Translations under genes and position numbers: made by a program
Shown: positions 12,528 to 25,810 of the stretch, piece by piece
Layout: every line of letters begins with the position of its first letter
Position numbering within the stretch: the first letter of the stretch is position 1
Assembly: GCF_006345805.1 (NCBI RefSeq)
Contig: NC_042998.1
Location: 51,646,001 to 51,710,000, forward strand
Direction: 5' to 3'
Length of the DNA stretch: 64,000 nucleotides
DNA from: Octopus sinensis
Lineage: Eukaryota
Notes under the pieces: model-generated
The model's input: only the letters and a program-made list of their open reading frames with translations
Told to the model about the DNA's origin: nothing
Database searches by the model: none

Positions 12528-12999
12528 TGAAGTTTGGGAAAAGAAGGAATTGTCTGACCACCTTAATAATCATAGGTCTGTTTGATCAAAGTTGACCTTG
12601 GGTTAAATAACAACGGCCACAAGTATAAAAGCTTAAAACAAAGTCCTTTGATGTATGGCTATTTGATTACACAAACATGTGAAATAAAATGGTTTATCAG
12701 TTTATTATTTTCTGATAAAAGGTTGTTTTTTTTTTTATCTAAGTGAAGGCTGCATACTTATTAAGCTTTACTCATTTCATGTTATGCACAACTATTCCTC
12801 CCGTTCCTTTCACCATGTAGCTTATCTGACTACCAAACGAAGAGTTGTCACTTTATTTTGTACGTTTTGTTTGCTCGGTTAACTACGTCGTTGTCTTCTA
12901 TGGATGGTTTCCAAGAAACTGTTCGAGCTACGAAATCGAAAAAGTTTTTATTCGTGGTTTTACTAATCTTGATAATTTCGATTTCAAATTTCGGCACGA

Positions 13000-13870
13000 A
13001 ACCATCAGTAACGAGGGAGAGGGTAAAGTAGATTACATCGACCCCAGTACTCAAGTGGTACTTATTTTATTGACCCTAAAATCATGGAAGTCAAAGTCGA
13101 CCTTGCCGGAATTTGAACTCAGAACGTAAAGACAGACGAAATACTTATTTCTTTACTACCCACAAGGGGCTATACACAGAGAGGACAAACAAGGACAGAC
13201 AAACGGATTAAGTCGATTATATCGACCCCAGTGCGTAACTGGTACTTAATTTATCGACCCCGAAAGGATGAAAGGCAAAGTTGACCTCGGCGGAATTTGA
13301 ACTCAGAACGCAGCGGCGGACGAAATACCCCTGAGCATTTCGCCCGGCGTTCTAACGATTCTGCCAGCTCGCCACATAACTAATTTTAATAATATCGAAA
13401 TATCTTAATAGTTTAGAAATGATAAGTCTTAGTACTATAAGAACAAGGCCTGGAATTTTGGGAAAGAAGAGCTCGTCGATTACATCGACCCCAGTATTTG
13501 ACTGGTGATTTTATTATCGACCCTGAAAGCATAAAGGTAAAATCGAACGCGGTATTTGAATTCAGGTCGAAAAGCCGGAAGAAATGCTGCTTAAAATTTC
13601 GTCCGGCGCTCTAAGAATTGCAAAATTTTGCAAACTTACCGCTTTCTTAATAATAATGATTTTGAATTTTGGCACAAGGCCATCAAGTTCGGGGGATGGG
13701 GTTAACCAATTACATCGACCCCTGTGGTCGATTAGAACTTATCTTATCAACACCGAAAGGATGAAAGACGAAGTCGACCTTGCTGGAATTTGAACTCAAA
13801 TGGACGAAATGCCACTAAGCATTTCTCCCAAGGCGGTAACGATTCCGCCAGATCGCCACCTTCACCTTCT
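13000..13870 (-). mobile_element. Cluster of about four family-A-related SINE copies in the same orientation
   Basis: Repeated gattacatcgacccc...gtcgacct..gcggaatttgaactc units at ~13030, 13200, 13480 and 13710. Confidence 0.85.
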
Positions 13871-13878
13871 TAATAATA

Positions 13879-14032
13879 GGAGTGGCTGTGTGGTAAGTAG
13901 CTTGCTTACCACACATGATTCCGGGTTCAGTCCCACTGCGTGGCACCTTGGGCAAGTGTCTTCTACTATAGCCTCGAGCCGACCAAAGCCTTGTGAGTGG
14001 ATTTGGTTGAGGGAAACTGAAAGAAGCCCGTC

Positions 14033-14093
<61 letters not shown>

Positions 14094-14330
14094 TGTATGT
14101 ATGTATGTGTGTGTGTGTGCGTGTGTTTATATTTGTGTGTCTGTGTTTGTCTCCCAACATCGCTTGACAATCGATGCTGGTGTGTTTAGGTCCCCATAAC
14201 TTAGCGGTTCGGCAAAACAGACCGATAGGCTTACAAAGTATAAATCCTGGGGTCTATTTGCTCGACTAAAGGCGGTGCTTCAGCATGGCCGCAGTCATAT
14301 GACTGAAACAAGTAAAAGAGTAAAAGAGAA
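13879..14330 (+). mobile_element. Near full-length family-B SINE with internal TA/TATG/TG tract
   Basis: Head gtggctgtgtggtaag, core gcaccttgggcaagtgtctt, tail gactgaaacaagtaaaagagtaaaag. CpGs intact. Confidence 0.9.
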
Positions 14331-15508
14331 AGATAAAATTAAAAATGCCGATCAGCTTTATTCAGCATTCTATATTAATCGAGCTGTGGGTCACAGAATG
14401 AAATCGGTTACATGAAAAACGAAATACAGTACTGGGAAATATTGGAAATAATTTCAGATGCTGATGACAGTTCCGAACTATGACTGTCGTACTAAAGAAC
14501 CATTTCCTTTTTCTTGTTAACTTTTCGTACATATTTGATAGAAAAAAAATTCTTTTTATTCTATAACAAATTAGGCGGAAGAATTGTACGTCAGTCATAG
14601 ACTATTTTGGTTTCTGAATAGTTTCTTAATTAGGTTACTGACCTCGCCAATTAATTATTTGATTGTTTTATTGTTAAAATTTAAATGGCGAGATTTGGAA
14701 GTTCGAAAGGGCTACATTACAATTTTTATGTTTCACTGATAATGAACAGCTGGAGTCGAGGGCTTCACTGATTTAAGTTGTTCCATATGGCACCAACGAT
14801 TTGATCATTTCTCCCCAACTAGTTTCTTCTCGTGTGTTCTTGCCGCAGCATTTACACTACTGAATTGGGTTGAATTGAAAAGCGTGAGTTCGTTGTTCAA
14901 ATCGTTTACCTAAAATCCAGTATGTATCTGTTCCCGGATCCGGTAACTACTTGCCATGATATACGCCTGCGAATATCTCGTGGCAAGTCACAATCATCTA
15001 AGTTCAAGAAACGTGTCCTATATTCAGCGATCTCCTTCATCCATGCTAACCGCTACGACAGTTGGGAACTGGAGAGCAAGAAATGCAGCTGTGGATCATA
15101 TAATCACAATGCATGTTGGGGAACGCCTGAGAAAACCAAAATATTCAACAAAATTCTTGCATGAAATCGTACACACTTCAGAATTCGGTTACTGCTATGA
15201 CATTCACGAAATTTGACACACTTGTTCTCGAAGCGGAACAAGTGATAAATTTACAAGCTGGCGTACTAACTCACCGAGAAGGAAGCAGTTTCTGTTGGAG
15301 GTTTACGAAAACTGAACCAACTTCTAGGATCAATCATGAAGGACTATCCACCATTAAGTGAAACCATTTTCGATACCCAAGATGTACAGTAATTATTTCG
15401 AATCCAGATGTTCCCGGTTTATGATCATTTTGCAAACCACGTTTACAAATAGCTATATATTTTACTCTCTATACAGACAATCCAGATATATCAGTGAAAC
15501 TGGTGATC

Positions 15509-15750
15509 GGTAATAAAGCCACAAATTTGGCTAGGAAAAAAGTCACAATTATTTTATGATGGCCGCTAATAAAGTCACAGGAAAAAAAGTAACAATTATT
15601 TTATGATGGCCGCTAATAAAGTCACAATTATTTTATGAAGGCCGCTAATAAAGTCACAATTAATTTATGGGATCTGGACAAAAAACCCTCGTACAAAACT
15701 CCCCGTCAAAACCCCGGTGACTTTATTACCGTGACTTTTTTTTTTACCGG
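15509..15750. repeat. Tandem ~32-bp aataaagtcaca units followed by their inverted form
   Basis: aataaagtcacaattattttatgatggccgct occurs about 3-4 times, then gtgactttattacc gtgacttttttttacc. Confidence 0.8.
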
Positions 15751-18559
15751 GATTCGCGAAGCTATCCATATATTGAAGAACACCGGGGCTTCGGATGAAA
15801 GTGATTTAACTGTCACGATCTTCAAAACTGCTCCGATTGCTTGACCTTCACCATATGACCATTCTTGTCTGATACATTGAATCTCGCGCAAAAATGAAAC
15901 TCGTGTAGGTAAAGGTAAATAATCTCCGAAGGAAATTGAAATTCGATTGAGGACTCGTTTTTCTATTTTCTGTTTCACCGAGGGGAAACCTCCTCCCACC
16001 ATCCCTCATGTCTCGTTGGTTATGAATTTTCATCGATGCTTCTGTAACTTACCTTTTTTCTAGGTAGTGTTGTTGGCCTATATAAAGCTAATGCTGTACG
16101 TCTAGCAAGAGGTGGTCCATATTAATCTGACCTCTATCCTTTGACCTTTCCTGTATGGGAGGTCCTACTGGGAGTTTGCACTCCGTTGGCATAGCTCTCA
16201 GAGTCACTGAATTACACAAGCTACCGCAGTGCAAAAAGGAGTAAACCTTATCGTGGATACCACCGCAGTGTTTAAAGCAAAATACTCTTGAATTACACAA
16301 TCTAAAAGGAAAATAAAAATTACCCATATTTTATTACCATAATTCAATAATTTTCTGTGTGGAAGTGCATATTAATATTAAAGTTGTATTTTTTTATTAG
16401 ATTAAAAGCAATGAAAAATATGAACAGATGTACTTTCTCCTTATTAATTCGTTAGATCGATTGTGTGCTCTCTCTCTCTCTCTCTACGAATGAATGAATG
16501 TTGTTGACCTCATGAGAATTTTTTAAAAAACTTCAAGAACGCGAAATAATTCTTTTTAGGAACCATAAATCTCGAAAAAAATTATGTTGTTCACACGAGA
16601 TGTAGATTCGAGTCCCACGAGTCGTCTTCGACATTATCTATCTAAAGAATTTTAACACAATATTTTCATGCTATTATTTATAGTTTTACCGTTCCTATGT
16701 ATCTTTCAGGGCCGCATAGAACATTAAATCGCCCCTGTCGTTTCTGGTTTCATTGAATGATTTTATAAAATGATGCTAGCCCCTAGTTCACCTCTCCATA
16801 ACAAGGGAAACTATTCGTGTCTCCTCACCTCCGTCCCATGCTCCTTTCACAGTGCAGCATAGCCGATTCTGAATGTAGAAAGTGAATTAAGAACGAAATG
16901 CAAACCTGGCCTCAGTGAAATTTGAACTCAGGATGCAAAGAGCCAGAACACTTACCGCGAATCATTTGTCCGACGCTCTAACGATTCAGCCAGTTAATCA
17001 CCATAGAGGAAAACATGACCTCGCACGTTTTTAATTGTGTCAGATCCTATAATACTTATTTCCAATAACTTATCACTTTCTGGAATTACTTTCTCGCTAG
17101 CATTTTTCTTCCTACTCACCCTCATTTGAAAGGTCTTCACTTGCAAGTTACCGGATGACATCTCTGGTGCGGGTACCATGTAAAGAGCACCCAATACACT
17201 CTGTAAAAATGATTGGCGTTAAGAAGGGTATGCAGCCGTAGAAACTATACCAAATCTGACAGCAAAGCTTGGCACAGTCTTTTGGCTTGACAGCTACCAA
17301 ACTGTCTAACCTAAGTCTGTTAGATGATTATGATGTTTAATCGGAACACTGATTTCATTGTTATTAAAGTACTGGAAACAAGGACAGCCTAGATAATGGT
17401 TGTAACAACAGATAACGAGCACTAGAATCCAGGAACTAAATATCTCTCAAATCACTGTTTAATGCAGTGTTAAATATCTCTAAAATGACATAGTCATAAT
17501 TAGTTCCAGGCTGAGTTGGAGCTTAATAAAACATTTCAGACACGACAAACTACGGATTTCTGCGTCTGAAAGCGTCTCCAGAGCGCAGGCCGAGTTAGGG
17601 TTTCATCTTCTTTCTTTATTATTACTTTTTTCCTTTCAGTGTATGTGGGAAACGGCTGTCCGTGCGTAAATCACCTCTCTCTACACCACCTATGTTGTGC
17701 AAGGTAAAAACAAAAGCCGATACTGCTCAATACCGATGTTGCTACAAACGTTGCTGCCAGGACGCAAAGAAGTGGAACAGATGTCACGAAGAATTCTGCC
17801 CATTGCTCTAACAGTTTCGCTACTCCAGCACACAGACTGTCGGAATAAATACAAGGCATTGCAGTCGAAACTCAAACCATTCTACCATTGCAGCAACTAG
17901 ACAATCATGCTTCGAAGCATGGCATTAAAAAAAGATTCCTGTATTTAGTTTTCGTTCCTCTTCAATCGATGTCTTTAAATAATAATAAAAATAGAAACGA
18001 GATGATGACAAGAGAAGGTCTTTTGCAATAGATCTGATGGATCAAGTATAGCTTTGAGCTAGACAAATTTAGATTTCTAATAAGAGACCTTCTATGCGGT
18101 CACTTATTTTACTAAAAATAGCAACTAAATATCCCATTTCAAAAGAGCATTCGAGTATCTATTCTTAGATTAAACCGCCTGGGCAAAAGACACTAGTCAC
18201 GGCTGAAGTCGTCTTTTCAAAGAGGTGTGCAGAATCAGGGTTACAGCACGTTCGAAATTACATGGCTATCGATCATCCTTAAGACAAGCAACTAACGCAG
18301 TTCATAAAATTTAAAAGCAGCACAACAGTCAAAATTTGTTTTGCAATTAACTGGCAATAGATCTTGACAACCGTAACATCAATATTCAGATATTGGAATT
18401 AGAATATGAAAATGAACGAAGTATGCGTAGCATTAAGTTGACGACTTAACTACGTACAACTCCTTCATCCCTGAGAGGAGCACGAGTGTGTTTATACATC
18501 ACATAAAGGTAAATTTGTTAGTTCGGGTCATAGTGCTAGTGCATGCATATACAGCTGCG

Positions 18560-18880
18560 TGCGTGCGCACATACACGCGAGTACTGTCCAATCTCCGACC
18601 AATCACATACAGCTAGCTGGCATTCAATTGGCGTATCAAGTTTCGGGCATTTTGATTGGGTTTTGGATAGAAAATTCACAAAAAAGTCACTTCTATTGAT
18701 TCTTTAATGGCTTTGCGGGGTGACTGGGGAAATGTAAAGATGTGCACGACCACCCTTGGACGGTTTTGAATGACCATAGAAAGTGCGAGCCCTCTAACTG
18801 AAAAATTGTGGATTTGTATAAAGGATACACACACACACACACACACAGACATTTTGCCGTTTATATTTATATATATATGT
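18560..18880 (-). mobile_element. Possible non-autonomous Helitron-like element
   Basis: Minus strand tatatataaatataaacggcaaaatgtctgtgtgtg...cctttatacaaatccacaatttt, a Helitron/HINE-style 5' layout. Confidence 0.4.
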
Positions 18881-20819
18881 AAGATCCAGTGATCCAAATG
18901 TAGGGAGTTAGTAAGCTTCAAGCAGTCCGTGGCAGGTATAGATAACAGAAAGTGTATAATGTACCACTCGTTGAATAATTATTACATCAGAGAATCAGTT
19001 AAGAAACATACGTCGCCTAGATTTTGTTCCAGTCCCTCAATTTGTATGCACACACACATCTGGTTTGCAAGATTCTTGATGGGAATTCGTGTGTTGAAAC
19101 AAATTTAGTAATTACGCCAATAACATACGCACAGGTTCAAATTCATTTCTATGTTAGCCAATTGGTTAAATATCTAACCAGCCAACTAATCGATTGTCTA
19201 ATGTATTGATTAAATAATTGATTGGTTGTTCGCCGCCGTTTCATGACTTCTCTTTCCTCTCGCTCCAAGGTCTGCTTTGCTTGTCTGAGAATTGGTATTA
19301 TGCCTGTGTATAATATACATACACACACGTATATGAGAAAACACGTGGTTGACTGCATTCAAATGAGCTGTACATGTTATATAGATCAGTAATACCAAGT
19401 TATTTTCTAGAGCAATGTTAAAAAAAAAAAAAAGAAAAATCCATAGATCACACAAATAAATTAGAAGATAAATACATAACAAAATAAGACAAGAGACACA
19501 TTGGGATTGCTTCACATGAATTAAATATTTATTTGTCCATTAATAGTACGTGTCATTAATAATATACACGACTCATTTTAGGTAAGACAATTCACAAGTT
19601 TGTATGTTTTCTACATACACTGTGGGTCTAGTATCCGGAAAAAATAGTAGAGGATAGGTTAGGATGAATTTAAGGACCCCAAAAGTCAATTTTATTAGTT
19701 TTTTTCCTTTTGTTTTTTTTTCTTTATTTTTCCTTTGTCTTCACTAAAATATAAGTTGAGAGTGGGGGGAATGTTTTGAGGTCAGACTGATGAAAATCCA
19801 GTCATCTGGTCAGACTAAAAATAATTGATAGGAAATGTTTCGTAAGTAACCATACACCCCTGACTCAACAGCAGTTATTTTCTTTCTCGTGCAGACTCTC
19901 TCCTTACAAACAACGAACTGTTTTAAAGTCTAAGAGAAGGGGAACGGCAAGAAAGGGGAGAGTGGATGGGTGGGTGTACGGGAAGAGAGTGATAGGTGGC
20001 TTTTTTATTTGTTTTGTGTGTTCTGAAGTTTTACCAAATTATTCCTCACCGATCTTTTAATGAGTATTAATTTGATATGAAACTGTCCAGCAACTCTTAA
20101 GAATACTTTTGTTTTAGCTTTTAACAAGGAGAATTTATGAAACATACTGGACAAAGATGATTTTTTTCTGCCCCTTTCAGTGGGGTGGAAATCAAACTTT
20201 GAAGTAAGGAGAGAATTAATACATTCCCTCACCATCAATTGGAATCTGAAATACCAAACTGCTAATAAAACGGACAAAAACAGACATCTCATAATGTTTT
20301 CTCATTAACACCTTAAACTACACATAACATAATAACACTAAATAACCTGTATTTCTTACAGATTACAAAATAACTTCTGAGAATACCAGGTTCCACACAG
20401 AAACTGGAAAGTGTGTTAGCAGTGGAGTATATCAGTTTTGCTATGCTAATGTGAAAATTTTTATTATAGTTATTTACATAACTGCATTAAGTTTCAGTTT
20501 TCATTTGCCACAAAGTGTTGATGAGAGAAATCTTTTCAAATTAAAAAAAATAAAAATGCAGCCTCTTAGAGGCTTTCTAAGATAACCAACCTCAGAGTAG
20601 AGATCAATGGTCAAAATGATTATTTTCTTTTAATATCTACATCTCTCAATCAACACTTAGCTTAGCAGTTGAGCAAACGTGAACTGAGCTAGCTAGCCTT
20701 TTAGTATTTTCGTTTGTCTTTTTTTTTAATATTGATAGCTCTCAGGTCTCTCGCAGCTACTTTATTATTACTTGCCAGCAGTCTTATTTAACAGCTGCGA
20801 CAGAAAGTGGTACTGGTGG

Positions 20820-20856
<37 letters not shown>

Positions 20857-21312
20857 AAATTATACCATTATCCAACAGTTAAGTCAAAAGCACTAATACA
20901 TGCATGGGAAGCTCAGATTTCTTGGCCCATACTTGTAAGTTTTTAATTATAAATAACAGTGCTTCCGATGTAACAAATTGGCCCAAGACACCATCACAGC
21001 AAGTAGTCAGCATACAAGTGAATCATATTTTAAGAATACATTGTTTAAGCAATATATATTTGTGCTGGTTTAGTCCTCATATTAAATCTAGATAGAATTC
21101 TTATTTTGTTTTATTTATTTTCACATTTCAAAGTTTCTCTTGCATAAAATTTTATGCATGTATTTATATGCAAACACACTCCAAAATGTGTTATGCAGTG
21201 AGAGAAAAGGTGTGAGGAAGAAGTAAAAACATCTGTTGACAGTTCTAATTTAGGTGGCCTGGTTTCAGAATTTGGAACATTCCCTTAATTTGTCCAATGT
21301 CAGCAACCAAAG

Positions 21313-21348
<36 letters not shown>

Positions 21349-23079
21349 TTCACTCAGAGGAAAAAAAAAAACTTTATGTAAAAATAATTTTTAGACATCA
21401 GCTAGATAATATATATAGGAACTTTGGAACAAATAATTTATTTTTTATTGAGAGGGACACTAACTGGGTGGAGATTGGGGGTTGGGAAAGGAACTTCCAG
21501 TTTGATTTTTTTTACAACTTTATAAAAGTTTTTACTCCTGAATGAACACCCACCCATCCCACATACAAGCAGTTTACATTGACCAATGCTAGACTGAGAA
21601 GATAGAGTAAAAGAACCAGCTAAAACAGCACTTTGATAAGAATAACTTCCCTGATTAGCTTAGTCAGTGAAGTTGATTCCACAGCAATGGTATCAATTTT
21701 TTTTTTCCGTTTTTGTTTGGTTTTTAAAACTGAAAATCAGCTTAGCAACAAGAAAGACACTAATAGTGCAACAAACAAAATGCTAAGTATTGAATTCAAA
21801 TGACCTGTGAGGAGAAGAAAGGAAAAGAAAAGCTGTATATTGAGTAAAAGGTATATCAAAATGCATTGCTTGTTTGGAAGGTGAATATTCGTTTTTTCTT
21901 TCTTTTTAATAATAGCTGAAAATCTATCACATAACACAGACATGTCCAAGGACAGAGATTAAAATGGAAGTTCATTATACAGTTTGTCAGTATGTTTCAA
22001 GAGCATTTGTATAGGAGGAACACAAATTCTTGGAAAAAACACTATTCCAAGAAATAAATATATAAAGTTTATGCAACTGAAGTTTTTTTTTTCTTTTGAA
22101 ATGAATTAAAAACTGGTTTAGTCCCCTATGTTGTTTTTGAAAGACCAAATTAGAACAATGTGTGGTGATGTAATTTCAGTATTATGCTAACTTAATTGGA
22201 CACCAACAAATTGCATAAACAAGAGCAAGCAGTTAAATTCTCTATTAGATCGCTCATCATACAGTAAAGTGAAAAGGATAGGGATTAAAAAAAAAAGAAA
22301 AAATTTTTTTGAACCAAAAGTCGTAACAGAAAAGGTATGACTGCACATTTTGAAACAAGAGCAAGTCAATTTTTTTTTTTTAATTATTATTATGGAACTT
22401 AAATCTTCATGTTGCAAAAGGAATGGTTCTTGATATCATTTGAGGGAATAAAAAAGAAAAAAAAGCAGACATAACAGCAGAGGCACTTGGTCGTTCAGTT
22501 ACCATCATTTTGCATCACAATCTAGTACTCAATACTCTTCAGCTTTCAGAGTGCAAGAGTTTTATTTGTTTATTTATTTTGCTTTGTTAAATCTTTCACC
22601 AAACAGAATATCTAAAATAAAAACAGTCTTATGCAGAAGACATTACAGTAGTTTATTCTTTTGGTTTCTTTATATCTCAAAATCTTGGACCTTTAAGGAC
22701 AACAGAATATCACACATACAGAGGGTGGGGAAAAAAATTAAGGGCTATCAAAGAGCAGTAGATGTAAATAGGCGAGGCCTTGTCAGTGTAATTTTGGTAA
22801 AGATTCAAAACAACCTCATTGTTTTGCTCATTAAATTTGGGAGAAGTTCTCAGGTGATTTATAATTTTTTTTTTGTAGTAGTGGCAGATCCAGTTCTTTA
22901 ACCTAAACTATCAGTAATTTTTTTTACAGTCCTTTTTCTTTTTCAGAAAGAGAAAAGATGTACTAGATACATTTATAACAGAATATAATTAACTTCAAAT
23001 TACCTAAACCCCAGCCAAACATTTTAATATTCAAAAGAGATGGAATGGAATGTAAGTTCCACAGAGATGGAAATTTTGG

Positions 23080-23118
<39 letters not shown>

Positions 23119-25810
23119 TCTATGCTATCATGACAGTACAATTATGTTACAGTCACAAAATCCAAAGTTGCAGATCACTGATGACAAATGAAAGTGCAGA
23201 CATTTAGCAAAAATGAAACACTAAATTGCATACAGATATTTCAAAGAGACATCACTGCAGAAGCAGCAGCAGTATTCCAACTCCTCAGACATGACACTAT
23301 CAATGATACAATCATTGATATCTATGAACTTAAAAATCAAAATTTCCATAATATGTGTGTGTGTATATTATAACATTCTTTACTTTCAGGAAATTTAAAC
23401 ATATTTATATGTCAGCAGAAACAAAACAGGAGTGAAAAGGAGATTAGCTAGTTCCCATTTAACAAAATGATCTGATATCGACACTATCTCGTTTCCATTT
23501 ATTAAGCATATTATATCTTAGTTTTTAAAGCCATTGGTAGATAGAGCTTGGAAAAGCATGGTTGTTTGAATCAATTCAGAACAGCTCGACCAGATGGAAT
23601 TACATGGTAATTTTCTTAAAGCTTATCAGGTGAATATTTTGCTATCTGTATTATAAACATAACAGAGCACAAATACTGTTGAATCTTTGATTCAATTGCA
23701 ATCCATTAAAATCCCATACAATTATGTTGAACTATTTAAGACGTAGATTTGGAAGAAAACATTAATAAAAGAACTGACAGTTACAAGAGAATATGCATAT
23801 CTTTAGTGTTTAGTACACCTGTTAAGGTATATAAAGCTTTTTGAAACATTTAAAAATAATAATAATGATGATAATAAATAAATAAGAGACCGAGATGGAA
23901 CCAGTGCAGAACAGGCTTTGGAAAGTTTAGATTATGAATTTAATCCAGATTAAATAAATATAGAGGAAGATGCAAGAAAATAGTTACATAAATAGATGAA
24001 ATAAATATAATCTGCACAAATCCAAAAGAAAAAAAAAATAAAGGGAAAAGAAAATGTTTAAAGTAATTTTAGACTCAACTGATGTACCAGACAGCCTTAC
24101 TAAGTATATATATATAAAAAAAATTTTAAAAACCCAATAAGCTAAACAACCATGCTAATTCTGCTACATATAAGTCTAAGTTTGGTGGAGCAACAAATTA
24201 TGAACAGAACTATCAGCAACCTAAAATTAACACCTGCCACACAATATCTTCACACTTTTCTCTCTCTCATAAATATCTATAGCTATCTATCTATCTATAT
24301 ATATAATAAATAAATCACTTATTTTTTTGAATCAATCTAAGAATAGTGTTATAAGTTCACAATGACCAATTCTCTTTTTAAAGACTAAATATTAAAGTAT
24401 GCAAATGAAAAATAAGAGCACAAATTAGCAGCACAATGCAAATCAACAGTGTTAACACCAGCAGCTAGGAAACAGTATGCAGTAACATGAACATTTAGCC
24501 TTGATGCACATGGTGGTCTACTGGAGCAGAAAGGGTGAAAGAAGGAAAAAAAAACAAAAAAAAAAACCAAAAGCAAAATGAAAAATAATTACTCCATTTT
24601 GACACAATTAAAAGACTATTTTTGCCAAACCATTAAATTTGTGGCAGTGTTTAAAATGTCTGACATTGGAACTACATTCAGGAAACATTCAAGAAGGGTC
24701 TTGATTAGCAGAAACTTTTACAATTTACCTTCGATACAGGTTTTAATTTTGGAATGGTTAATTTGTTAAGTATTTGATTACTAACTTTTTTTTCCATAGA
24801 TATTAAAAAATCTCAATAAAGGCTGTACTTAATCACATAACTAATGCAAGATATAAGGCTACCACACAATTAATGTTTCAACTAATGACATATTCAAGTT
24901 AGGAAATTTGGGTCCAAGCCAAACAATGTCAGTGGCTCTCTTCAGTAAATACTGAATAAATCTATCCAGGTAGACAGAAACTGGTATCCAGTTATATAGG
25001 ACTGTCTATAATGGATACAAATTTCAATTATATTTTGATAGCAAACCTTTTTTTGGAAGTTAATAAAATCTTTGGAAATACTAAATGGGAAAGCTAAAGC
25101 AGTTATCTTACTGTATTAAATAAGCTGGAAGAGTGGAGGGGTTGAAATTAAATGCTAGTCTTGCTTTGATATTTAGCTAAAATGTATTTTCTTTTTGTTC
25201 TGTTCTGTATATTTTGAAATAAAAGTTGGAATAACCAAGACAGAATTATTTTGATTGTCTTTTTAAAGTAGTCATTCAATGAATAGCAGCATCACAAAGT
25301 AGAGCTATATATATATATATATATATATAATGTATATAAGTCAAATAGAGAAAGCAGAAAAACAAAATTAAAAAGGGTAAGCTACTAAATAGAAAGTTGA
25401 ACTGAAATTACTCAAGAGCAAATTCAACACATCAAAGTAAAATGGCAGACAGAAAATTTAAGGCAGTGTCAGCAACTAATGGAATAAATTGATAGTGAAG
25501 ATTGAAAAATAAGGTCTAGTTGGGAGGAGGGAAATGGTAAAGCTCGAGAAATAAAATTTGCAACAAGGTCAAAAGTAAACAAACACTGAATATTAGAAAC
25601 CTAAAAAGAAAAAAAAATTACTTAAGGTTTCTCTACCAAATAGAAAAAAAGCGGAAGGGCATAAAAAATGTAACCTTCAGATAAATTTATAGATAAATTT
25701 CAGCAATTTAAATTCAACTTCCTCCATAAGAAAATAGTAAGAGAGTAGACAGTAACCTCACATCTAAACCAACAGTTCATAAACATGTCCAACACTTAAT
25801 ATTTTCATGG

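Noticed and set aside
12343-12573. Poly-Thr ORF with variation only at third codon positions
   Set aside because: No splice acceptor or mucin-like context, and it is flanked by other microsatellites. Treated as a compound trinucleotide repeat.
15540-15660. CRISPR-like repeat-spacer array
   Set aside because: The units are contiguous with no unique spacers, there are no cas genes, and the context is eukaryotic.
15706-16033. LNRISISFGDYLP vaguely like Helitron PIF1 helicase
   Set aside because: The diagnostic QFP...AMTINKSQGQ motif is absent in the frames I checked.
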